DNA of 15,679 nucleotides from Nitrospinota bacterium (GTDB lineage Bacteria; UBA8248), in NCBI GenBank assembly GCA_046581755.1, contig JAYGFR010000325.1, forward strand, positions 1 through 15,679. The letters are read 5' to 3'. Position numbers and translations under genes: made by a program. Below, one piece after another: positions 1 through 7,642 of this stretch. Every line of letters starts with the position of its first letter. Positions within the stretch are counted from its first letter, which is position 1. Under the pieces are notes generated by a model. The model saw only the letters and a list, made by a program, of their open reading frames with translations. It did no database searches and was not told the DNA's origin.

Positions 1-43
1 GGCTCTCTTGGCTTATAGGTCCTCTTCTGACAGTCTTCTTCAT
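1..43 (-). CDS. 5' end of an unknown ORF running off the window (MKKTVRRGPISQES...)
   Basis: ATG at 43-41 on the minus strand, preceded by AAGGAG with 6-nt spacing (aaggagccaccgATG); 14 open codons to the window edge. Too short to assign a family. Confidence 0.5.
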   Translation of the reverse strand, partial: MKKTVRRGPISQES

Positions 44-44
44 C

Positions 45-109
45 GGTGGCTCCTTGGTATTAGGGTTGATGACATCCCCCGATCGTCTCATCGGGGCCAA
101 GGAGCCGCC
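45..109 (-). promoter_or_regulatory. RBS-sequestering stem-loop leader
   Basis: 13-nt arms ggtggctccttgg (45-57) and ccaaggagccgcc (97-109) are complementary at 12/13 positions and enclose a second hairpin ccccgat/atcgggg (77-83/90-96). On the minus strand the anti-SD CUCCUU pairs with the AAGGAG of the ORF starting at 43. Confidence 0.55.
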
Positions 110-208
110 ACTCGAATTTCAATAGCCTTCGGGACTATGCCTGTATTTAGGCAGTTATCGTTTTTGTTTTTCGTCCGAATCGCACTTCTCGCCCTAAGCA
201 GGATCGTT

Positions 209-629
209 GTGGCCCGGATATATTTTTCCCTCGCTTATTCCGACTATAGAAATGGGACTTTGATTTACAACGCGTGCAAATACAAGCGTGCGGCAGAATC
301 CATATTTTTCGACGAATCCATCTGGAACGAAGCGCGAAAAAAGGGGATGCGGCTTCCCGGGAATTGATCGATCGCTCCGTTGAGCGTTCGGATGTGACGG
401 TTTTTCTTGTCGGGAAAAAACATACGTAAACAAATAGTGTCAATACGCTCTTCAAAAGAGCGTTAAAAATAAAAAAGGAGTATTCGGAATTTACCTCCCG
501 AATCAGATGTCTCGGGGGAAGGGAGATTGGATAACGCGCAATAATTTTCCTATCTACGAGTGGGAAAGCAACAGTTTGCACGGATGGATTATCAAGGCTA
601 TTCAGAAGTCCTTGACGAAAGCTTCCTGA
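209..629 (+). pseudogene. Disrupted TIR-like domain gene (Thoeris ThsB/DUF1863-like)
   Basis: GTG at 209 after AGGA. Joining frames across A/G runs at 337-346 and 415-420 gives MARIYFSLAYSD...FFDESIWNEARKKG/DAASRELIDRSVERSDVTVFLVGKK/TYVNK*CQYALQKSVKNKKGVFGIYLPN...PIYEWESNSLHGWIIKAIQK. This follows the ThsB-like pattern along its whole length. TAG at 435-437 sits where Trp is expected; TGA at 627-629. Confidence 0.72.
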
Positions 630-661
630 ATTCGCAGGGCGCTCTGCGCTTGCTTCAGGAA
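623..661. terminator. Hairpin over the TIR-like stop codon, possible terminator between convergent genes
   Basis: ttcctgaa (623-630) / ttcaggaa (654-661) with inner cgcag/ctgcg (633-648); no clear U-tract. Confidence 0.3.
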
Positions 662-881
662 CGAATGAGCGTATTCGGAATTTACCGTAAAATATTCTCC
701 TCGCTTTCCCGGAAATGAACTGTCTGCGGGACCGTTCCCAAACGGCATTCGGCCCCTTGGCATTGACGGTGAAAGCCGCATCCTGCCTCAAGCGGGGCAA
801 TTCCTCCCCTCGCCGGTTGGCGAAACACCCGCACAGACCGCACACTGAGCTATATCCGCCCTTCCTGGCTGGCGCGCGCGG

Positions 882-1709
882 TTATTTCGAGGGATTTATA
901 TCGATTTCCCACCCGGTGACGAACCGGATCCGGTCGGCGATTTTTTTTCGCGCTCCGGGGGCTCTTTTGTAATAAGCAACGACTTGATAGCGCTCGGCCC
1001 CATTTTTTTCGATTTCGTAAAATACGTTTTTGATGGGAACCCTTTCCTTCAGGTCCCTGAAGTGCTCCTTCGTGTACGAATAAAAACGGAATTCATAAGG
1101 AGTTAAAATCAACTTGCCCCGTTGTTTATCCAATTCGCTGGATCGGAACACGAGTTCCGGGAGGCGGGCCCCGCGGAAGGGTGTCCCGGTTAACGAGACA
1201 TATTTACTGTAGATATAGTCCACATAATCGTGGGCGCCCGGCGGAACATCCGCATCCTTGCGAATCCGGCCCGGCCCGTAATTATATGCGGCAATTCCGC
1301 GGTAAACTTCACCGTCATATCTTTTGATAAGGCTTGCCAGGTATTTCCCTCCCAGCCGGATATTCAAGCAGGGTTCAAACAAGCGGTTTCGCGACCGGAC
1401 GCCCAGTTCCTTGGTGGTCAGAGGCCAACGAATCTGCATGACGCCAATGGCATTTTTGTTGGAGACCGCCCGGGGATTAAAGTTGGATTCTCCCTTTGCA
1501 ACGGCGATCAGCAAAGATACGGGTAAATTTGTTTCTTTCGCCGTCGATAGAAAACATTCGCGAAAGGGAAATCCGCCGTTGACCGGAATGGGATGGGCGA
1601 TCATGTTTTGAACGTCGCCTTGAAGGCTGGCATGGGTTGGCCCCGGGAAAAACCCCGCCAGAATAAATATCAAAAGTGAATAGAGCGGCGCCCTACGGCA
1701 AGGGCTCAT
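882..1709 (-). CDS. Secreted SLT-domain lytic transglycosylase with a basic C-terminal (possibly SPOR-like) domain
   Basis: Signal peptide; SLT motifs AKGESNFNPRAVS (catalytic Glu), AIGVMQI and IAAYNYGPG. ATG at 1709 is preferred over the ORF-track start at 1739; it overlaps the upstream gene end by 17 nt. Confidence 0.9.
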   Translation of the reverse strand: MSPCRRAPLYSLLIFILAGFFPGPTHASLQGDVQNMIAHPIPVNGGFPFRECFLSTAKETNLPVSLLIAVAKGESNFNPRAVSNKNAIGVMQIRWPLTTKELGVRSRNRLFEPCLNIRLGGKYLASLIKRYDGEVYRGIAAYNYGPGRIRKDADVPPGAHDYVDYIYSKYVSLTGTPFRGARLPELVFRSSELDKQRGKLILTPYEFRFYSYTKEHFRDLKERVPIKNVFYEIEKNGAERYQVVAYYKRAPGARKKIADRIRFVTGWEIDINPSK

Positions 1710-2604
1710 GTTCGATTCTTCCCGTTCGGGTGATGACAAACTTCCCGGACAGATGGCGGTTCAAGGAATCGCTCAGGTTTTTTTGTATCGAGGGAGAGAG
1801 TTTTAGTTCGTACCGGTGGTCATCGCGAAGTATATTCCCCAAATATTGCATCGATGCCCGGCGAATCGCCTCCGGTATTCTTGAATTCGGCATCGTGTAC
1901 CGGGATCCCGATATGCGGTCCAGGCGGCGATAGGTCATATTTCCGTTCCGGTATTGCAATTGAAATCCGTAATCGCCGGTGAACAGGAAAATGCGCACCT
2001 TGCTGGATTCGACAAATTCGAGGAGCGTCTGTTGCGAAGCGAAGACGATATCGACCCTGGGCGGCCCTTTTCTCGATTTTTTCTCGGTCTTTTTCCTGAT
2101 CCTTTCGGGGGCTTGTGAAAAAATTCGGTTGGTTTCCAGCTTTTTTTGAATCGCTCTCAGGCGCTTTCTTCCGGCGACGTTGTTTCGTTCCAGGACTTTC
2201 ATTTTTGCTTTTAGCTGCTGGGCCTCGATCTTTTTTTGAGACAAGGCGGCCTGAAGCCGATTCGACTTGGTTTGTCTGTTCTTCAGGGTTTTTTCCATAT
2301 CCAGCAATTCTTGTATTTTTTTATTCTTTTGCCGCAAGGCTTCATTGAGGGATTCAATCACCCGCAGTTGGCTCCCGATCTCGGCGCCGATCCGAGCCAG
2401 CCTTCTTTTGAGAATTCTGTTTTCTTCGATAAGAACCGGAACCGCTTGGGTGGCCTCCCGGGGGAGGCTTTGGACGATGGGGATAAAAATGACCAAAAGA
2501 GAAAAGGCGATAATCGCCAGAAACCGCATGACGTCGGTCTGCAGCGCTTCATCGTCGCTGTTGCCGTCTACAGCATCGATATTGTCGTCATCGAATAAAG
2601 ACAC
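1693..2604 (-). CDS. Single-pass membrane protein with TM-proximal Asp and long coiled coil (MotB/ExbD/TolR-like motor partner, inferred)
   Basis: Acidic N-terminus, LQTDVMRFLAIIAFSLLVIFIPIV TM segment resembling the Asp-bearing TM of ExbD/MotB, ~110-aa K/R/E/Q coiled coil, and a C-terminal globular region with no recognisable OmpA motif. Starts 5 nt after the MotA-like gene. Confidence 0.65.
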   Translation of the reverse strand: MSLFDDDNIDAVDGNSDDEALQTDVMRFLAIIAFSLLVIFIPIVQSLPREATQAVPVLIEENRILKRRLARIGAEIGSQLRVIESLNEALRQKNKKIQELLDMEKTLKNRQTKSNRLQAALSQKKIEAQQLKAKMKVLERNNVAGRKRLRAIQKKLETNRIFSQAPERIRKKTEKKSRKGPPRVDIVFASQQTLLEFVESSKVRIFLFTGDYGFQLQYRNGNMTYRRLDRISGSRYTMPNSRIPEAIRRASMQYLGNILRDDHRYELKLSPSIQKNLSDSLNRHLSGKFVITRTGRIEHEPLP

Positions 2605-2609
2605 CGCTC

Positions 2610-3209
2610 TTACTTTCCATTGAGGTTGTTGATTCCGTCCCTGATTTCATGGAGCACCGATAATATCTCTCTATCCCGGGTCTCCCGGTTCCATTTCCGC
2701 GCCTTTTCAATCAACCTGCCCAGGGTCAAATGGCGGAGCAATCTCATGATGTACCCCCCGACTCCGCCGACAATCGTCGTGGTCAGGGCCATAATGATTC
2801 CGCCCCGTACCATCCGGTTTAATATTCCCCATGCGCCGATATCCTTGGCGGTCTCCTGGGTCAAATTACCCAACGAAGCATTCAATCCGCTTTGCATGCC
2901 GATGGCCGTGTAAATAACTCCGATTCCGAGGAAAATATTGATCGACAAATCGTTCATGCGGTACCAATACGATGAGTTTTCCGCATCTTTTTTATCGAGA
3001 CTTTTTCTGATTTGACCGAGGGAATAAAAATACAGGCATAAATCCAGGAAGAAGAATACAACCGAGGTTCCCAATATGCTCCAGACATGGTTGAGCAACA
3101 CCGAGGTGGAGGGGAACTGGTTGATGAAAACGACAAAACCACTGAAAAAAGCCAGGGCAACGATGGCGCCGGCCAGGAAAATCGACAAAAGAACAACTTT
3201 AAATCCCAC
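2610..3209 (-). CDS. MotA/TolQ/ExbB proton-channel-like membrane protein
   Basis: Four hydrophobic segments; the last two (IFLGIGVIYTAIGMQSGL and GGIIMALTTTIVGG) resemble the family GLxGTxxGM and GIxxALxTTxxG helices. GTG start with AGGA upstream. Confidence 0.72.
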   Translation of the reverse strand: MGFKVVLLSIFLAGAIVALAFFSGFVVFINQFPSTSVLLNHVWSILGTSVVFFFLDLCLYFYSLGQIRKSLDKKDAENSSYWYRMNDLSINIFLGIGVIYTAIGMQSGLNASLGNLTQETAKDIGAWGILNRMVRGGIIMALTTTIVGGVGGYIMRLLRHLTLGRLIEKARKWNRETRDREILSVLHEIRDGINNLNGK

Positions 3210-3316
3210 AGAAGTCTTCCTAAGAGAAAATTCCGCCGTTACGGATTCATCGCTGCATCAATTCACACCTTCCAAAAACGGCGCGGGAACTATTTCGGGC
3301 GAATGCGGCCCGGCAG

Positions 3317-3877
3317 CTATTTGATCGCGGTCAGGATTCCGAAAGTGCTTTTAAACTCTTTCACCCTGATTTGAAGTTGCCGAAATTCCTTTTTCAGGCC
3401 CATGACATACTCGAACCCGACTCTTTTCTTGACCATCTCCTTGTCGATTAAATTCGAGATAATTTCGGGTTTTTTTCGATAGAATGAAATCTTGCGGGAG
3501 GAACTGAACGCCACCAGGTTTTTGTCGAAATAGGTGCGGAACAAAATATTTGTTTTCTTGAACGGGATCTTATTTTCCCGGACCAATATTTCAAGAAAAT
3601 TGACGATTTTCGTCCTGTTCCGGACCCCTGGCCGATGGGCGGATACACGCAGCAGGGCTTCGAACACCCGGTCGAAGGAATTTCCGCAATTCGGCAATCG
3701 CATGGTTTTCAGGCCTTGTGAAATCCCCTTGTCGATGGAATATCCCGAAGGAATCGTGCAAGGCGGCGGAGAGGGAACCTCGACCACAGGCGGGGGAGGT
3801 TCCACGCATCCGGCAATGCCCAACGCCACCGCCGCCAAGAACAAATATTTTTTGGTGATTGATTTCGGGTTTGTCAA
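3317..3877 (-). CDS. Hypothetical lipoprotein with Pro-rich linker and basic helical domain
   Basis: TTG at 3877 follows GGAG (ORF track extends to 3952). KKYLFLAAVALGIAG-C lipobox, then VEPPPPVVEVPSPPP and two further Cys. Confidence 0.75.
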   Translation of the reverse strand: MTNPKSITKKYLFLAAVALGIAGCVEPPPPVVEVPSPPPCTIPSGYSIDKGISQGLKTMRLPNCGNSFDRVFEALLRVSAHRPGVRNRTKIVNFLEILVRENKIPFKKTNILFRTYFDKNLVAFSSSRKISFYRKKPEIISNLIDKEMVKKRVGFEYVMGLKKEFRQLQIRVKEFKSTFGILTAIK

Positions 3878-3930
3878 AACATGAACTCCATCATGAAATT
3901 TTGCTGGCCGGTCATGAATCCGGGTGGGCA

Positions 3931-4782
3931 TCAAAAGCGCTGTTTCAGCCATTTGTTGACCGTCGGGTTTTGGGGCCTGCTCGGCGGCGCGGGGGCGGAG
4001 CCCGCCGGTTCCACCTCGGCAACCTCCTCAGTGCCGAATATGACGCCCAATAGCCCCTCGAATTTTTCGACGTTCCGATCATAGTTTTTATTGAATTCCG
4101 CATCCGTTAGCGAAACAATATCGAGTTCCAGTTTTTGTTGGTTTACCTCACGGTTCAATACTCGGATCGTTTCGACCGAGTCCCTGAGGCTGGCGTAGTG
4201 CCTGGCCGTTCCCAGGATTCCCGAACTCGAGCTCCTGACCTTGAATGCCCGGACCAATCCCAGCAGCATTCTCAGCCTCCCCGCCATCCCCTTTTTCCGG
4301 CTTACTTTCCGGGAGATTTTATTCTTGGGCGATTCGCTTCCGTTAATCCGGATGTCTTCCCACATTTTTTCGACCGTCGTTTCGCTACGATACCTTATCA
4401 GATTGCCCCGGTATGAATCTGCGGCCCGCTCCAGCTTTTCCTGGAGGGCGGGAAGCTTGTCCGAAAGGGTGTCCATGAATTCCCCGTACTTCCGGACGAT
4501 CTGCTGGAGCATTTTCGCGCAGTCTTCCCCCGCGCCCTGGACACACCCGTTTTTTTTGTACGAGTCGTACATCTTCACCAGCTGTTGAAGCGGCGCGTCG
4601 ATATGTACCGCGATTTTTTTATGTTCCGCAATCGCCGCCTTGTTCAACTCCACCGAGCCCCGCGTCACCACGGGCCGGATGGGAACCTCGGCGGCATCGA
4701 GATCCGGAATCCATTCCCCCGAGAGATTCGACGCCAAAATGACGGCCGGAAATATGGCGAGCCATCTAATCATTCTTATCAT
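3931..4782 (-). CDS. Hypothetical secreted alpha-helical/coiled-coil protein
   Basis: 283-aa ORF with GGAG RBS, N-terminal signal-like segment, Cys pair (GCVQGAGEDC), heptad-rich helices and Pro-rich tail; co-oriented with its neighbours. Confidence 0.8.
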   Translation of the reverse strand: MIRMIRWLAIFPAVILASNLSGEWIPDLDAAEVPIRPVVTRGSVELNKAAIAEHKKIAVHIDAPLQQLVKMYDSYKKNGCVQGAGEDCAKMLQQIVRKYGEFMDTLSDKLPALQEKLERAADSYRGNLIRYRSETTVEKMWEDIRINGSESPKNKISRKVSRKKGMAGRLRMLLGLVRAFKVRSSSSGILGTARHYASLRDSVETIRVLNREVNQQKLELDIVSLTDAEFNKNYDRNVEKFEGLLGVIFGTEEVAEVEPAGSAPAPPSRPQNPTVNKWLKQRF

Positions 4783-5008
4783 TCCGCTCCCCTAGGCAAA
4801 CCCTTTTGAAATGGACAGCCGCGGCACGGTTCAAAATATCCTTCCGCTCACCGCGGGCTCGTTTTTTTGGCCTCTAAAAATCCTCTCCGCCAGGCTCATG
4901 GGTCCAGCCGCAACCTCTCGTTCGGTCTTTCGCATTCTAGAAATTCATCGCGGCGGGGACAACCATTGAAACCCGTACTCGAACGGCTTGGCGGAATGGA
5001 TGTATGCG

Positions 5009-6082
5009 CTAATTTGATCGGCCGCCCGACTTGCCGGAGTCCGATTTGTCCGGCGGCTGGTTTTTGTTCTTGTTTCGAATGCTCTGGACCTCGGCCCTGG
5101 GCATATTGGCCCATGCCGCGGCCATCTGGTTCATGATCTTCACCGCGATTTTCCGGCTTTCTTCGACCCCGTTGGTTTCCCGAGAGGGCGGACCGGACAT
5201 GTACGACGGCTGGGGGGAGCCAGAACCCTGCCCCGGAAAAATCGCCTCCGCTTCTTCCTTCTTATGGCTCGTTGCGATGGAAATGATCCGGCCCGTCGAT
5301 ATCTCAATGCCCTTTACGGATATCTGCCATTTTCTTTGGCCTGAATCCCAGACGAACAAAAATTCAATGATGATGTCGGCAAATTGTTTCCACGCCGAAA
5401 ATTCCACAACCCGGGAGGAATTTTTCGATGTGCTTGCGTTGGATTGAGACGCAAACGAGCGGACGGCCAAATTGGGGTCGATCAACCGAACGCCGGCTCC
5501 CAGGAAAGGCTCCGTAAAAACCTGCCGGGCTCGCAACGTGTCCCATTCCACCGGCGCGCTTCGGCGGGTTCGGGCAATCCGTACTTCTTGGGTCACCGCG
5601 CGCCGCCGGTTGAGGTCAATATTCCGGTCGAAGGAGGATTTTGTTTTTTTCAGCGAGGCCGTTTTTTTGGAATCGGGGCCTTTTTTCAGGCCGATATCTT
5701 TATTGGCATACCCGCCGGTTAGTTTCCCCTGGACAGTGTCTTTCCAAACCCACCGCCTTCCGGATCGGTAATCCTGGTATTGGCGCTCCAAAATTTCGTT
5801 GAACAAAATCATGATGCGCGGGCGCCCGGCACGGTTGTAGGCCGATAGAAATTTCGGGTCGGCGCTGGTTGCGAAACCGGGCGTGCTCGGCTCGGGCGGC
5901 GGGGCGACGGAGCGGTGGCTCAGATTCGGGCTCACGCCGCCCCCATAGGCGGCAATCCGCAGGTTTTCACGGCGATCGGAAACCTTGCTTACGGCGAGTT
6001 CCTTGGAAAACACAACCCCCGGAAAAAGAGCGATGGCCATCAGCCACACGAATTGTCTTTTACATGTTTTCCCCAAAGTCAT
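5009..6082 (-). CDS. Hypothetical secreted protein (possible CsgG/LpoB-like alpha/beta fold)
   Basis: 357-aa ORF with signal peptide and ATGA overlap with the upstream gene. PRIMILF...VRLID...ADIIIE...VKGIEISTGRIIS resembles the strand pattern of CsgG/TolB-N-like folds; fold assignment is inference. Confidence 0.75.
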   Translation of the reverse strand: MTLGKTCKRQFVWLMAIALFPGVVFSKELAVSKVSDRRENLRIAAYGGGVSPNLSHRSVAPPPEPSTPGFATSADPKFLSAYNRAGRPRIMILFNEILERQYQDYRSGRRWVWKDTVQGKLTGGYANKDIGLKKGPDSKKTASLKKTKSSFDRNIDLNRRRAVTQEVRIARTRRSAPVEWDTLRARQVFTEPFLGAGVRLIDPNLAVRSFASQSNASTSKNSSRVVEFSAWKQFADIIIEFLFVWDSGQRKWQISVKGIEISTGRIISIATSHKKEEAEAIFPGQGSGSPQPSYMSGPPSRETNGVEESRKIAVKIMNQMAAAWANMPRAEVQSIRNKNKNQPPDKSDSGKSGGRSN

Positions 6083-6501
6083 TTAATTTCCCTTACCCGA
6101 ATCGTAAATCGCCTGGCTTTTGCATTGAGCGAATTGACCACGTACGTTTTCGTCTCGTTGGGTTCGAAAATTAACCGGTGCCAGGTCGTTATGTCGTTTA
6201 CGGAAAATCCCTGCTTGTCCTTAAAAACGGTTTGAACCTCCACCTGGAGCGGTTTCTCCGTCCGGTTCCGGAGCCGGGCTTGAACCTCCAATAGATTCGC
6301 ATCGGTCCACTTGGCCCGCTGCCCCTCGACGGTGACCAGATCTCTCAGATTTCGGGTAAGGAGCACAAAGGTTTCGTCGTTCTCCACATTGGCGCCCGGA
6401 ACGCTTACCGGCCGGTATGCGCCCTCGCAACCGAAATTGAAAAAACCAAGGAGAGCCAATACAAAGATTCGATTCCGAAATATTCGCATTATGGGTCGCA
6501 T
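6079..6501 (-). CDS. YcfL/DUF1425-family lipoprotein
   Basis: Lipoprotein-type signal ending FNFG-C; LRNRTEKPLQVEVQTVFKDKQGF...W..LIFEPNE...S.NAKARRFTIRVR matches the YcfL pattern; adjacent to an LpoB-like gene, as is typical for the family. Confidence 0.8.
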   Translation of the reverse strand: MRPIMRIFRNRIFVLALLGFFNFGCEGAYRPVSVPGANVENDETFVLLTRNLRDLVTVEGQRAKWTDANLLEVQARLRNRTEKPLQVEVQTVFKDKQGFSVNDITTWHRLIFEPNETKTYVVNSLNAKARRFTIRVREIK

Positions 6502-6540
6502 CCTTAATAGTGAGGTTGCCTCGCGAAAATAGACGGCGTT

Positions 6541-7173
6541 TTATCTGTAGATGACATCGTCGAGACCTTGTTTTTTGATCTGATACAAATCTTCCCAGAC
6601 CTCGATCGACGATTCTGTATCGATCAACTTGAACGTATAGAGAATATAATCGGATACGCCCCTTCGACCCGCGGTGCTCAGGCCATCCATGCTGCCGGTG
6701 AGGAAATAATCCGCTCCGGCGACCGCTTTTCGGGTCTTGGATGCGTCAAAATCCGTCTTGCCCCGGCGTTTCAATTTTCTTTCCTGCTGAATGGCCAGAA
6801 TCTGCTCGCGGGCAAGGAAGTAAATTCGGCCGCGCGCTTTGCTGTTCAGCTTCGCTTTCATCAACTTGAGAAAAAGACTCTGGTTGATGGCAAACCGGGT
6901 ATTGTTTTTAACCGGAAGCAAGGCCACCGTGGGCGGATTCTTCGCACGCGCGATGACTGGAACGGTCAGCATGGAGCGGACCATTTTATCGGCGACGGCA
7001 TTAATGTCGTTCGACTCCACCCCAACCCCCGATATCGAACTCTGCCTGGTGGGGTCAACCCGGACCACCGGACGCCCGATTTCCACAGGGGGGGCGGCGG
7101 CGCATCCGGCGAGGGAAACGGCCAATACTCCGGTCAACAAGAATTTGCCTCGGAGTTTACATTTTCCTTGCAT
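6541..7173 (-). CDS. lpoB: LpoB-family (PBP activator-like) outer-membrane lipoprotein
   Basis: ATG at 7173 after AAGGA; lipobox LAG-C; DINAVADKMVRSML, VKNNT, AGADYFLTGSM and YTFKLIDTESSIEVW match LpoB/CsgG-superfamily lipoproteins. True orthology to lpoB is not established. Confidence 0.78.
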   Translation of the reverse strand: MQGKCKLRGKFLLTGVLAVSLAGCAAAPPVEIGRPVVRVDPTRQSSISGVGVESNDINAVADKMVRSMLTVPVIARAKNPPTVALLPVKNNTRFAINQSLFLKLMKAKLNSKARGRIYFLAREQILAIQQERKLKRRGKTDFDASKTRKAVAGADYFLTGSMDGLSTAGRRGVSDYILYTFKLIDTESSIEVWEDLYQIKKQGLDDVIYR

Positions 7174-7319
7174 GATGAAATTCCTTTTGGCTGAAAATTG
7201 AATCGGAAAATGGGGACAGACATGCAGTTGATAAAAGATGAAATTCAAAGCTCACAGTCCGCATGCTGGAAATCGGCGCGGCAACGGACTTTCATCCTAT
7301 ATTTATCCTATTTAAAAAA

Positions 7320-7368
7320 CAATCTAATTCATCGTCAATCTAAGTCATTGGGAAAAAGGCATTTAGAT
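7320..7368. promoter_or_regulatory. Candidate protein-binding site in the AT-rich region upstream of the envelope cluster
   Basis: Tandem caatctaattcatcgt / caatctaagtcattgg (7320-7351) and an inverted half-site atttagat (7361-7368). Confidence 0.3.
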
Positions 7369-7642
7369 CGCACGGTTGGTGTTTCCACTGTCGATGGGTC
7401 TTCCGGAGGGGAGGGGCTCCCGTAAATAGCGGGGGTGAATATCGAGAACAGGTCTGCCCGAAATTTTGAGCATGCCTTTTTAAGAATAAATAAATATTTG
7501 ATCATTTTCCGGCGCCCGGGGCTGGCTGCGAAATGGAGCGAAATCGCCCGGTTTCGGGCTTGCCCGGGATCCGGCTCCCCGGGGCCGGGGTCTCCCATCA
7601 CGCCAAAAGGTGGCACGTTCGCGTGGCCTCGGCCTTCCCGCC

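Noticed and set aside
147..845. 232-aa minus-strand ORF and the 5' extension of ORF 8-367
   Set aside because: No recognisable motifs; the opposite strand is better explained by the TIR-like gene starting at 209.
1693..3209. Calling the motor pair Zorya ZorAB, flagellar MotAB or TolQR/ExbBD
   Set aside because: No long ZorA tail, no OmpA-like domain, no ZorC/D/E, and no TolA/TonB or flagellar genes nearby.
4817..4868. Hairpin agccgcgg...ccgcgggct plus T-run in the 226-bp gap of the cluster
   Set aside because: Large loop, and the T-tract is on the strand opposite to cluster transcription; function unsupported.
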